This document shows positions 11,601-23,920 of a stretch of DNA of 64,000 nucleotides, piece by piece. This DNA comes from Vicugna vicugna (taxonomy: Eukaryota). Position 1 is the stretch's first letter. Every line of letters begins with the position of its first letter. The position numbers and the translations under genes were made by a program. The notes beneath the pieces were generated by a model, which searched no databases, had not been told where the DNA came from, and saw nothing but the letters and a program-made list of their open reading frames with translations. The stretch is taken from the NCBI GenBank assembly GCA_013265495.1, contig MU057887.1, positions 2,327,576 to 2,391,575 on the forward strand, in the 5' to 3' direction.

Positions 11601-12838
11601 GGCTGCCCTGCCATGTCGCCTGGGGCAAGGTGGCCAGATGCCCCTGCAGGCTCCTGGGGAAGGGGAGGAGGTCTGGCCTCGGAAGCAGGATGGTGCTTGG
11701 AAGGCTGGTCCCAGGACACCACTCAGGGGAGGAGGTGTCAGAGGAGATGGAAAGTTGGGTGACCAGTAGACCACAGAGAAGGTCAGCATGGATGGGAGTT
11801 AGTGATGGATCAGCGGGGCAGACCTGGGTCAGGTGGGCATGGGGGACGGTTGCACGGAGCACAGGGGGTGCCCACGGCCATACCACCCATGGGCCATCGC
11901 CTGGAGAGCAGGGCTGGCGTCCGCCGAGGCTGTGGCGAGGTCTGGGGACTGCTGGCTGCAGGAATCCCTGTGAGGTGCTGGCGATGGGGTCACACGAATC
12001 TGGTGGTGTGGGCACCCAAACCAGCGCCTCTCTCTTGTGGCTGAGCACCGGCTTCAGTCTGTAACCCCGCCCCCTTTGATGCCCTGTTTTGGGCTTAAAT
12101 ACTGATAGTGAATGCCTTTGCCATCCAGCCAAACAGGACGTGATTCTGTGCTCGGTGAGGAGCCACCAGCTAAGGACCCTCCGTATCGGATGCCCCCCTG
12201 GTGGGGACGTTCCCATCTTACACTCTTTTCTGGGGTTTCCCCACCCGGTTTTCAGGGTGCTTTGGTACCCAGGCAGGTTGGGGTGGAGGGTCAACCATCA
12301 CGTCGTCATCGGCTTTCATGTTGTTCTGGGAGCATCACAGCAGAATCTCTGGGGAAAATCAGTCAGGGAGAACGGCGTGTTTTGGTGAATCCCATGAAAC
12401 TGGCGATTCCTAGGCTGGCTATTGCAAGGGCGGGAGGCTCAGCCTCGGGGATGGGGAGGACCACAGACAGAGCCCTCACCTGGGCGGCCTCCGTTTACTC
12501 AGCACCGTGTCTCCACGTTGAGAGACGCGAGGCTTCCAGGGGGCACGAGAAACTGCTTGGCCTGGAGAGCCGGCCTCGGCCCGGGGGCCCCAGCCGCCCG
12601 CGGAGCCTGGGGAGGCTTTAAGCTGCCGCGCGGCTGCTCAGCTGCGCCCACGGCCCTCCTGCCGCCCCTCCCGGGGCGGGGACGGGCGTGGAGGAGGCGC
12701 GTCCCAGCCCCGGGATTCCCAGCTCGTTTCTTGCTGATGTGGCATCAGGGCCACTGTTACTCCCGATGGTCCTGCTCATGCAGTGTGGCTGTGGAGCCAG
12801 ACCGTCAGCTCCGTGTTGTGCCTTTGCAGACACCATAC

Positions 12839-12873
12839 CTCCAGAATTGCACATCCGTGTTCCTGTCGCAAGA
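12839..12873 (-). other. Candidate micro-exon (35 nt)
   Basis: Acceptor 'ggccctttttgtttgcag|', donor 'GAG|gtatgg'. Confidence 0.18.
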
Positions 12874-13239
12874 CTGCAAACAAAAAGGGCCAGAAACACG
12901 TGACAAGGAGCAGCGGACGGGAGGGGCTGGCGGTTTAGAGCAGCAGACTGCCTGGGTGCCGAGCACGAGGCTGGGGCGCGAATGGGGAGGGGACACGTCC
13001 TTTCCTCCTGAGCCGCAGTCAGGGTTACCCTGGGCTTTGCCCTCGGGCCCTGCGACGCACCGAGTGCTTAGCAAAGGGTGAGGCTCGCTCCTGCTTGGCT
13101 TGCAGCGGTCCATTTCCCCCCTTTCTGACCCCGGGATGTCTGCAGACGCAGGGCCCGTGAATGTCACCCCCCAGGAAGATCGCTGCCGCTGCTTTGTCCG
13201 CCTGGATGCATGACAGCAGCCGTGAGCACGTCTGGGTTT

Positions 13240-13830
13240 TTTAATAGTTACATTTTTAAACATTGAAGTCTAGTCAGTTCACAACATTGTGTCCATTTCT
13301 GGTGCACAGCGTGATGTTTCCGTCGTGGATGTACATACGTACATGTTCCTTTTCATGTTCTTTTTCATCATAGGTCGCTGCAAGGTATTGAATATAGTTC
13401 CCTGTGCTGCACAGTAGGACCTTGCTGTTTACCTTTTTTATATATAGTAGTTGATATCTGTAAATGCCAAACCCCCAATTTATCTCTTCCCACCCCCTTT
13501 CCCCGCTGGTAACCATAAGCTTATTTTCTATGTCTGTGAGTTCATTTCTGTTTTGTAAATAAGTTCATTTTTGTCTTTATTTTTAGATTCCACATATGAG
13601 TGATATCATATGGTATTTTTCTATTTCTGGCTTTCTTCACTTAGAATGATGATCTCCAGGCCCATCCATGTTGCTACAAATGGCATGATTTTATTCTTTT
13701 TAATGGCGGAGTAGTATTCCATTGTATAAATGCACCACAGCTTCTTTATCCAGGCACCTGTTGGTGGACATACAGATCTAATGCAATCCTTAATAGGACA
13801 TTTTCCACAGAACTAGAACAAATAATCCCA
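13240..13830 (-). mobile_element. 5'-truncated lineage-type L1 3' end with an inverted 5' ORF2 fragment (13772-13830)
   Basis: Minus-strand 3'UTR homologous to the copies at 34500-34883 and 23400-23920, followed by the plus-strand ORF2 piece 'acagatctaatgcaatcc...ttttccacagaactagaacaaataatcc'. Confidence 0.85.
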
Positions 13831-16229
13831 CCAGCGCTTCTGGAGGAGCGCCCGTGTACCTGGAGAGACAGTGGTTTCTCCAGAGAGAGTGGTGCCCTTG
13901 AGGGCCTCATTGTCATCTGTTTTCCAGCACCTCGAAGCTGCAGACCCTCGGTGGTGACTAACCCGTCAAACCCCGGCCCCTCCTCTTCCCTGCGCCCGAC
14001 TCCCCCACAGGATCCTTCGGAGCTCAGGGAGGGCAGGGGTCCCACACCCCCTGGCTCTGAAGTACCAGGTGCATCCCTGTTGGGCTCGTGGCCGACTCCC
14101 CGCTGTCAGCTGCGGCTCAGCACTGCAGAACTAGCAGGGGCTAAGCGGGTGTTACTGGGGTAAATATAATTTACAGCTTCTTAACACGGTTTGAAGTTCA
14201 GAAACATAGAGAGAGGAAAAAATCCAGCAGCAGCACTAACTTCACCAGACCCTCCCCCTTCGGAATTTTTAAAACTTGCATTTCAAAGGGATTTGGAACT
14301 TCTTCCAACTCAATTCATTGAGCTGCCACTTTGCAAGCTCCGCTTGATTCCTGAGCTCATCATGAATATTATGAATTTTGTATTTTTACACCAGGGCTCT
14401 TTGAAGTCTTATCCTTAAAGAGCAAAAACTTAACCTAAGTGCAACTTTCTGTTTTTTGTTTTTTAATAGAAAAGTGTGTGCAGCTGCTACAAAGCTCACG
14501 TTCAACAGCCACTGAAGGGCTGAAACATACACTTGAAAGTAAACAGCTTTGTGGAAGCGCACCCTGCAGAGCCGGGAGCGGGAGCAGCCACTCAGAAGAA
14601 CCAGTTCGGGTCCTGCCAGGTGACGCGGGGGGATTTCGACAAGACGCTACTGAGCTCGGAAAGCAAGGTGCTGAAAGCTGTGTGCGATAAAATTCATGTT
14701 TGCAAAACAATGACACAGTATGCAGGCTGCTGATTTATGTCCAGGCATCTGTATGCAAACGTGTGTCTACATGTATGTGCACTGTGCACGTGTGTGTGTG
14801 ACAGACATGTGATGTGTGTGCATGCACGTATATAACACACACACATGAGTTCCGGAGACTAGGCTGTATGGATTTCCCAGTGCCGGAGGGCGGTGCACGC
14901 TGTGGGTCAAAGAAGGAAAGCAGAAGGGGACGCCAATAAAGAAGAATTTAAAAATTAGGCATTTAGAAAAAAAATGATGTGCTTTATGCATTTTTTGGTA
15001 AAATATGTATAGAAATCTGAGTATGTTTATAATAAATCAAATTTAGAATAAAAAGGAAAGTGAGGGTTGGGTAACCCTCAAAGATGAAATAAAATGAAAA
15101 CGTCTAACAAAGGGCTTGCTAAGTGGGGAGTGAAGTCTGGCTGCAATGACTTTGACCGTTGTCAGAGTTGCTGCTACCATTACCGCAGACTCGGCGCAGC
15201 CAGGGCGCGGGCCACACTGGCCTCTGGCCACTGTCAGCAAACATCACCGCTGCACCTTTCTGGGTTTGGCTCCCCAGCCCGGCCAGCTCTGGGGAGTGTG
15301 CTGTCTGGGAGTCCCCAGGCACACACTTGGCCGTCGCTGTTCTGGAGTGCCCCCACCCCAGTGGTTCACCCACTCAGCACACCGTCCGCTGTCTCCTTCT
15401 CCTGGAGAACCTCCTCTAGAATGACCCTGGGTTGTCCAGAGGCCCCCAGGTGTGGCCTAGGCTCAAAGCTCCCTCTCTGGGGAGATCCGGTTCTCACCTA
15501 CAGGGCTGCCGGCCGTCAGTGAGCGGTGGGCAAGATGTGCCGGGGACTGGCTGGGGGCTAACGTCCCGTCTCGCCCGGAGCCCCCAGCCAGCCGCTGCAC
15601 CCTCACTCAACACAGCAACGTGTCCTTCACCTAGAACTAGACGCAGGCCTGCGCGCCCTCCAGGACAGGGGTTTGCCCTCGGTTCTCAAGTACCTGCAAA
15701 GTGTGTGGGGGCTCTGAACATCACTGTCATTAGCAGAAAACAAAAGGCTGGATTAGACAAAGCTAACCTGGCACCCTCCCCGGGCTCTGGCTCTGATGAG
15801 GCTCCGTGCCACCACCGCACGTCTGCCCACTTTTCTGTCGTACGCTTTTCAAAATGCATCTCACAGGTGGATTTCTCTGAACCTGCGAGTGAAGAAGTAT
15901 TAAACCGCCAGGCCCAGAGGACTCCGGGGTTGCCATCCTGCTGCGCCCGGGCTTAGGGTGGTCAGGAAAGGACCCGGAGCATCAGTAAAAATACAACAAA
16001 GACCAGGAATGTCTGGTTGTGCCCGTGATGGAGGGACGGGGCCAGACTGAGCGCCCCTCACAGCCAGTGTGGGGTCCGCAGGGCCTAGGGGAGGGCCTGA
16101 ACTCCCATCCTCCAAGCAGCATGAGAGGCTCCCTCCACTGAATGGAGGCCAACTTAGATCCTGGACTTCTGCCCAGTAAAGAGGGGGGTCCACCTCCCTC
16201 ACCAGAGAGTTTCCAAAGAGGCTACTAAA

Positions 16230-19200
16230 ACACAGTATTTAAATAAGAATCAGAAACTCATAAAATAATATCCAAAGAGTCCAGTTTTCAGCTGAAAATC
16301 ACCCATCACACCAAGAACCATTAAGATCTCAACTGCAATGCGTAAAGACAATCGGCTGCCAACGTTAAGATGGCACCGATGTTAGATCTGTCTGAAAAGG
16401 GTATTTAAAAAGCCATCTCAGAAATACTTTGAAGAGCAATTTCAATCATTCAGGACAAATGGAAAATACATAAAGTCTCAGCAAAGAAATCAAAAAGTTC
16501 TGAACTGAAAATTTTAGGACAGAAAATGGAAATTACAGAGCTGAAAATAAAATATTGGGCATAAAAATCCTCAATGAACTCAATAGGAGAATGAAAAACT
16601 CCGAGGAAAGAGTCAGTGCGCTGGCCGTGAGCAATAGAGATCACCCAATTCGAACCACAGAGAAAATAATGAAAAAAACTAATTAACAAATTAACTAACT
16701 AAATAAATAAAAATCAACAGACTCTCAGGGACATGGAGGACTGTAACAGAGAATGTAACACTTGTGCCAGGGGAGTCCTGGGGGAGAGAAGACAGAGGGT
16801 AGGGCTGAAAAGTATTCAGAAAAAATAATAGCTGGACATTTTTCAGATTTGGCAAAACATATAAACATTCAAATTCAATAAGCTGAGCAAATTACAGCAA
16901 AATAGACCAAAAACGATATCTCAGTGTTTTTATGGGAGAATTTTCTAAGTATTTAAAGAATTCATTACCAATTTTAGATCATCTCTTCCAGAAAACTGAA
17001 GCAGATACACGATTTTCCAACTCCTTTTCTGAAGCCAATGTTATTGACACCAAAGCCAAAGTCAGAAAAAGATTAAAAATAAAAATTGCAGATTAACATT
17101 CAAAAATGAATATAGATGCAAAAATTCTTACCAAAATACTGTCAAGAATTCTTAACAAAACACAATGATATGCCAGTGAATTATACACCGTGACCAAGTG
17201 AGATTTATTCAAGCCGTCAAGACTAGCTCAATATTTGAACATCACTAAATGCAATATACCATATCCACAGGCTAAAGAAAAAAAATCACAACCATATCAA
17301 ATGATGCATAGAAAGCATTTGACAAAATTCAACATCCATTCTATATATATTAAAAAAAAAACACTCTCAGAAAACTGGGAATAGATGAGTAGACAAGAAA
17401 AACATGTCAGTGTTCAAACTATGAGTTCGAACAGGATAGGTCATATTTCAGCTTCCTCAACTTGATAAAGAGCAGCTACAAAACACCCTCCAAAGAAGGC
17501 CGTGCCTAGTGGTGAGAGACCGAGCACTTTTGTCCTGAGCGGAAGCAAGGCTGGGATGTTGTCCCCCCTCACGCCTACCCCACACGGCGCTTCAAGTGCC
17601 AGCTAGCGCACGGTAAGGCAATGCAAGAGAATGAAGCCTGTGCAGTTTGGAAAGGAAGGAACAGAATGGTTGCTATTTGCAGATGACATGATTATCCATA
17701 CAGAAACCCCATCAGAATCCACACACAAAAAATGATAATCGCCTGCTTCTAGTAATTGAATCCATCAGCATCACAGAATACAAAGTCAACATTTGAAAAC
17801 GGTTGTATTTCCATACAATAGCAATACACGTGTGATAACTGAAGCTAAAAAGTAAGTACCATTTATAATTGTTCAAAAAATGAGATATTTAGGTGTAAAT
17901 GTAACAAAATGCGTGCAGGACTTGTATGCTGAAAGGTACCGAAGGCTGATGTCGGAAATCAAAAAAGATGTAAATAAATACAGAGACATACCATGATCAT
18001 GGATTGAAGGTTCCACATTGTGAAGATGTCAGTTCTCCCTTAAACTGATACACGAATTTAATCTAATTCTTGCAAGAATCCTAGGAGTGCAGATATACAC
18101 AAGTTAACTAAAATTTTCATATGGAAAGGCAAAGAAATTAGAGAACAAGACAGCTTTGAAAAGAGAAATAAAGCAGGTGAATCACTCTACTTGACTTACA
18201 GAGACCGTAGTCAAGGCTGCACGGTGTCGGCAGGGGGATAGGCACAGACAGAGAACCCAGAACCCGCTCCACACGAGTACAGCCAATAGACACACGACAA
18301 AGGTGAAGGGGTGCCGGAGCAACTGGAAACCCACACACAAAAAGCAGCCTCAGCTCAAGCCTCACAACTCACAAGAGAAGTAACTCCAGATGGATCCCAA
18401 CTTAAATATAAGTTGTAGAACATTAAACTTTTAGAAGATTATACAGAAGGAGGTATTTGAAACCCAGGGCATGGCAAGGAGTTCTTAGAAATGACACTAA
18501 ACAAATTATTCAAAAAGGGAAAAAATGATAAATCAGTTTTCATCAAAATTAAAAACACTTGTTTTGCAAAAGACCATGTGAAGAGGTTGAAATTTCAAGC
18601 TGAATCCACACACCTGACAAAAGACAAGTATCTGGAATTTACAAAGAATGTTCAAAGCACATTAAATATTAAGTAAAAATACCAACCACCCAAATTTAAA
18701 AATCCAATAGAAAATGGGCAAAAAGCATGAAGACAATTGTTCACAGTAACTGTATTTGTAACATCCAAAACCTAGATACAACCAAATGTTCCCCAGTGGG
18801 TGAACGGTTAAAAACACCGTGACACACTCACACCACGGAATACTACACAGTAACAAACAAGGATCAAATTCTGAAACACACAAGTCTTGTGTGAATCTTG
18901 AATCTCAAGAACATTGTGATGAATTTAAAAAACACTGCGTTCAAAAGGTAACATGCTATATAATCCCACACAGACTGGAAAAAGAAAAAAAGATTAGTGC
19001 TTGTCAGGGATTAGGGTTGGTGTGAGAAAGGAAGGTGGATGTGATGATAAAGGTGTAGCATGAGTGAGATTCTCATGATGGTGGACTAGCTCTGTGCCCT
19101 GAATTTGGTCGTGGCTGCAATAACCCACACCTATCCTAAAGTGACACAGAGCCACGCACACACATTGTACTGACCTCGATTTCCTGGCACTGAGATTGTA

Positions 19201-19312
19201 CCATAACTATGTAGGATGTAAACATTGGGGAAGTCTGAGTGCCTGAGACCTCTCTGTAAGATTTTTAAAACTTCTTGTAAATCTATAATTACTTCTAAAT
19301 AAAAGATTTAAA
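16230..19312 (+). mobile_element. Old L1 (L1MC-like) ORF1/ORF2 fragments and 3' end
   Basis: L1 ORF2 motifs 'atagatgcaaaaattctt', 'aaagcatttgacaaaattcaacatccattc', 'tatttgcagatgacatgatt' (RT F/Y-ADD region); L1MC-type 3' end '...cttcttgtaaatctataattacttctaaataaaaga'. Confidence 0.85.
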
Positions 19313-19599
19313 GCATCTGTGCTGCTCTTCCCAAATGTATAGGCACCAGAGGAGAGGCTAAATGGAGAGATAATAAAATGCCAGGTGCAAGGTTTCTTAA
19401 GAAATGGGGCAAGTAACAATTTTCATGCATATCATGCACTTGGCAGAGTTTAATTTTTCTGATGAAATTGGGATTAAGATAAATTAGTATTTATTAAGAT
19501 TAGTGATGTAGTAGTTATTTACAAATTTTATGTGATGCAACTCTTTGAAGAAAAACAGTAAAATGTTGGCATGCTGGTGCAATGACAAGGTGGAACAGT

Positions 19600-19900
19600 A
19601 TTAAGAGCAACAAAATTTGTGGCATGGTGCCTTAATAGACAAAGTTACAGATAACCCATTGCCCTCTGGAGGTTTAATATCTAGTAGGTAAAACAAAACA
19701 CTCAGACAAATTATATTAGTATGGCACAATTTTAATAAATGTCATCCTGCCATCCATGATTAACTTACAAGTGAATGGAAGAGATAAAAAGTATTTGGGG
19801 AATTCAAAGTACTAAGAAATTACAGCTGATTGAAGGTGAAGCTGCTGTTTACCGGAGAAACATAATCTCAAAGGGGTCCTGATGGAGACCTTGAATAGTA
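19600..19900 (-). mobile_element. Degenerate L2 fragment
   Basis: 'cccattgccctctggaggtttaatatctagtagg...aaacactcagacaaatta' resembles L2 in reverse. Confidence 0.4.
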
Positions 19901-20326
19901 TTTATGTCAATGAATTCTTTTGCTTGTGCAAGTTAACAAGACATTATGGCTGATTTGAGGATCAGCAAAACTGTCTTAAAATTAAAAATAAATGAATAAA
20001 AATCAAAAGGTTTGAAAACAATAGCAAGATTAAAGTAACATAGTGCATACAGGGAAACAAAGATGAGGATGACTACTGACTTCAACTCAGAAACAATGCA
20101 AGTCAGTAGACAGTTAAGTAACACCTCGAAAGTATGGAAAGAAAGAAAAAAATCTGTCAGTTTTAAACCAGTTTAAATACCTTCAAAAAAACCAGACTTT
20201 TTAGACTTCCAAAACTGAAAGAATTCAGCAGCAACAAACCCCTGCTTCAAGAAAGGTTAAAGGTCCTCAGGCAGATGGAAAATGATACAGGTAGTATCTA
20301 CATACAGGATTAAAGAAGCCAGGAAT

Positions 20327-20468
20327 GGGGGGAGGGTATAGCTCATGGGTAGAGTGGCTGCTTAGCATGCAAGAGGTCCTAGGTTCACTCTCCAGTACTT
20401 GCATTAAAAAAATAAATAAATAAATAAATAAACCTAATTACCCACCTCCCCCCACCCCCACGCACAAA
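20327..20468 (+). mobile_element. Camelid tRNA-derived SINE (Vic-1 type)
   Basis: 'ggggggagggtatagctcatgggtagagtggctgcttagcatgcaagaggtcctaggttcactctccagtac' (Pol III A/B boxes), (AAAT)n, 'aacctaattacc' and a C-rich tail; partial TSD aagccagg at 20316-20323 and 20469-20476. Confidence 0.88.
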
Positions 20469-20653
20469 AAGCCAGGGGCGGAAATTGCCTGGGGAAACAT
20501 TAAAGGCATAATTTCCTTATTTAAATATCTTTTTTAGTAATCTTTCCTGTTTGAAGCAAAAATAAAAACAAATGATTATAAGGTTTATAACATTTGTAGA
20601 AGTAAAGCATATGACAGCAATAGTGCAAAATCTGGAAGGAACAGGATAAAATA

Positions 20654-20871
20654 CATTTGACTCTTGACCAATGCACGGGTTAGGGACACTGACCCGCCTT
20701 GAAGTTGAAAATCCATGTGTAACTTCACAGTCAGTGCTCAGTATCTGTGGATCTGCATCCTTGGATACAACCAACTGCAGGTTATGTAGTAAGGTAGTAG
20801 GCATTTATTGAAAAAATCTGCATACAAGTGGACCCATACAGTTCAAACCTGTGGTGCTCAAAAGTCAGCTG
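20654..20871. mobile_element. Tigger2a-like MITE (TcMar-Tigger)
   Basis: Degenerate TIRs 'catttgactcttgacca' and 'tgctcaaaagtcagctg' (CAGTTGACCCTTGAACA type), left TA target, internal 'ttattgaaaaaatctgcatacaagtggaccc'. Confidence 0.8.
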
Positions 20872-21891
20872 TGTATTGTTGTAAGGTTCTCACACTCTAG
20901 GGAAATAGTGGAAGGTAGACCACGGGGAGACAAAGATCTGTACTATCACCATAAGGTAACTACTACCACAAAACAGCAGTAAATTAAAGGTAAGGAGCCA
21001 ATAAAAGAGATAAATGGAATCATAAAAAAAAATCAAGTAATCCAAACAAAGTTTTTAAAAGAGAAAAAAGGAAAGAACAATAGGACAAACAGAAAACAAA
21101 TAGCAAAGTGGTAAATTCGAACCATATCATAATCTCAGGAAATGCAAATGAGCTGAACACCAAGTTAAGAGGCAGACATTCTCAGAGCAAATAGAAAAGC
21201 AAGACATAACGTTATACTGTTTACAAAAACCCATTTTATATTAAAAAACACAATTAGATTACAATGTAAAAGAATGAGTAAAGATAGACCATGTTAACAC
21301 CAATTAAAAGAGTTGAGCTATCTCTATTAATATCAGACAAAGTAGATTTAAGAGCAAAGAAAATGATTAGAGGTAAGAAAGTCATTTTATACGATAAAGG
21401 TGTTAAATCATCAAAGGGGACGTTACAACATTAAATGTTTATGTGCCTAATAACATGACTTCAAAAAAACATAAAGCATAAACTGATAGAAATAAAAGGA
21501 GACAAAGATAAACCCACAATGATAGTCAGAAGGTTTAACATCATTTTGTCAGGAATGTATCTAAAATTCAAAGACAGAAAATCTGTAAGGATATAGAAGA
21601 TCTGAACCACCCTATTCGTCAACTTGATATAATTGACATTTATGGAGAGCTCTACCAAGCAATGTCAGATCGCATTCTTTCCCAGTGTGCATGAAAAATT
21701 CACAGTGATAAGCTGTCTTTGGGCCATAAAACAAGTTCCAATAAATGTTAAAGGATTCAAATAATATGTTCTCTGTCCAAATATTCTTTGTCCACAGAAA
21801 TCATAAGATCTAGATCTCTGGAAAACCTCCAGATATTTGGAAACTAAATAACACTCTTTTAAATAACTCATGTATCACTGAGAAATAAAAG

Positions 21892-22067
21892 AAGAAATTA
21901 AACGTTTTGAACTGTATGAAAATTAAAACATAATGTGTCATACAGACTTGTGTTTTTCCATTTTTGATTTCACTGAGCTCTATTTGATATTGTCAATTCC
22001 TTTTCTTCTGCTTATTTTTGACACATTATGTTTTAATTTTCATACAGTTCAAAACGTTTAATTTCTT
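21892..22067. repeat. Perfect 49-bp inverted repeat (21892-21940 / 22019-22067) with 78-nt spacer
   Basis: aagaaattaaacgttttgaactgtatgaaaattaaaacataatgtgtca is the exact reverse complement of 22019-22067 (checked base by base). Confidence 0.95.
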
Positions 22068-22068
22068 A

Positions 22069-22404
22069 TTTGTGGTTACCAGGAGGGTAGAGGGTGGGAA
22101 GGGATAGACTGGGATTTCAAAATTGTAGAATAGATAAACAAGATTACACTGTATAGCACAGGGAAATATACACAAAATGTTATGATAAATCACAGAGAAA
22201 AAAATGTGGCAATGAGTGTTTATATATCCATGAATGACTGAAAAATTGTGCTGAACACTGGAATTTGACACAACACTGTAAAATGATTATAAATCAATAA
22301 AAAATGTTAAAATAAAATAAAATAAAGATAACACGTAAAAGTAAAAAAAAATCACCAGGATTAAGAAAATAAACTAAGAATTGAATAGATTGTTAAAAAA
22401 AAAA
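22069..22404 (+). mobile_element. Young, heavily 5'-truncated lineage-specific L1 3' end with an A-rich tail, extra 3' sequence and a second polyA
   Basis: Closely similar to the reverse complement of 2671-2925 ('ttgtggtt..cc', 'gatagactgggatttcaaaat', 'tgactgaaaaattgtgct', 'aaatcaataaaaaat'). Confidence 0.9.
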
Positions 22405-22540
22405 TGGAAAAACAATAGAGGAAGTCAATGAAACCAAATGCCAGACCTTCGAAAGCACCGATCAAATTGATAAATGTCTAGCTAGGCTGGTCAAGACAAG
22501 AAAAGCAGTGAGCAGAGTTACTGATACCAAGAATGAGACA

Positions 22541-23920
22541 CATGCCTATGGTCAACTAACCTCTGACGAAGGAGGCAGGAATGTACAGTGGAGAGAACAC
22601 AGTCTCTTTGGCGACTGGTGTTGGGAAAGCTGGAGCCACACGTAAATCAACAGAGGCAGAGCACTCCCTCACATCACACACAAAACTAAACTCCAAGTGG
22701 CTGAACGACATAAATCTAGAAGAAAACAAACGGAACGTTCTCTGATATAAACCACAGCAATGTTCTCCTAGGACAGTCTATTAAGGCAACGGAAATAAAA
22801 GCAAAAATAAACCAATGGGGTCTAATTAAACGTATAAGCTTTTGCACAACAAAGAAAACTATAAACCAAATGGAAAGTCAACCTGTGGAATGGGGGAAAA
22901 TATTTGCAAATGATGTGACTGACGAGGGCTTAATTTCCAGAATATATAAGCAGCTCATACAACTCAGTAACAAAAAAACAAACAACCCAATCCAAAAATG
23001 GGAAGAAGACCTAAACAAACAATTCTCCAGTGAAGACATGCAGATGGCCAATTAGCACATGAAAAAAAAGCTCAACACTGCTAATTATGAGGGAAATGCA
23101 AATCAAAACTATAATAAGGTATCACCTCACACCAGCCAGAATGGCCGTCATTCAAAAGTCCACAAATGACAAATGCTGGAGAGGCTGTGGAGAAAAGGGA
23201 GCCCTCCTACATTTTTGGTGGGAATGTAGTTTGGTGCAGCCATTATAGAAAACAGTATGGAGATTCCTTAAAACACTAAAAACAGACTCACCGTATGATC
23301 CAGCAATCCCACTCCTGGGCAATATGTGCAGCGGACTCTAATTTGAAAAGATACGTGCTCCCCAATGTTCATAGGAGCACTGTTTACAGTAGCCAAGACA
23401 TGGAAGCAACCTAAATGTCCATCAACAGAGGACTGGATAAAGAAGCTGTGTACATATATGTATAATGGAATACTACTCAGCCATAAAAATAAAATAATAC
23501 CATTTATAGCGACATGAATAGACCTGGAAATTGTCATACTAAGTGAGGGAAGCCAGACAGAGAAAGACAAATGTCATATGATACCACTTATATGTGGAAT
23601 TAAGAAAATGACATGAATGAACATGTTTACAGAACGAAAACGGCCTCATAGACATGGAAAACAAACTTATGGTTACAGGGAGTGGGAGGGAGGGAGAAGG
23701 GGGGATAAACTGGGAGCGTGGGATTAGCAGATACAAACCACTCTATATAAAATAAGTAAACAGCAAGGTCCTGCCGTGCAGCACAGGGGACTACATTCAG
23801 AACGCTGCTGTAGCCTATGATGAAAAAGAACACGAAAAGGAGTATGTGTGTGTAACTGGCTCACTGTGCTGCCCACCGGAAATTAGCACGACGCTGCTGA
23901 CTGGCTGCGCTTGACCAGGA
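22541..23920 (+). mobile_element. Lineage-type L1, ORF2 3' part and 3'UTR
   Basis: ORF 22870..23055 ([26 protein letters not shown]...[16 protein letters not shown]) is an L1 ORF2 C-terminal remnant; 3'UTR homologous to 13253-13770. Confidence 0.92.

Larger units (their letters stand above)
19940..22540 (+). mobile_element. Old L1 (ORF1 end, inter-ORF, ORF2 endonuclease region) hosting nested SINE, Tigger MITE and young L1
   Basis: 'gacttcaactcagaaacaatgcaagtcag', 'ctattaatatcagacaaagtagatttaagagcaa', 'taaatgtttatgtgcctaataac', 'ggccataaaacaagttccaataaat'. Confidence 0.85.

Noticed and set aside
11494..12294. 266-aa minus-strand ORF (and 225-aa plus-strand ORF)
   Set aside because: Non-ATG starts, overlap with MIR/L2-like sequence, no recognisable homology.
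20327..20400. tRNA-like sequence
   Set aside because: It is the head of a tRNA-derived SINE with tail and partial TSD, not a tRNA gene.
21892..22067. Hairpin as a miRNA precursor or MITE
   Set aside because: Arms and spacer are L1 ORF2 sequence rearranged at an L1 insertion; there is no transposon-type TIR/TSD, and the 78-nt loop is atypical for a pre-miRNA.
16230..23920. Intact/active LINE-1 or functional reverse transcriptase gene
   Set aside because: All L1 pieces are truncated, nested, frameshifted and contain many stop codons.
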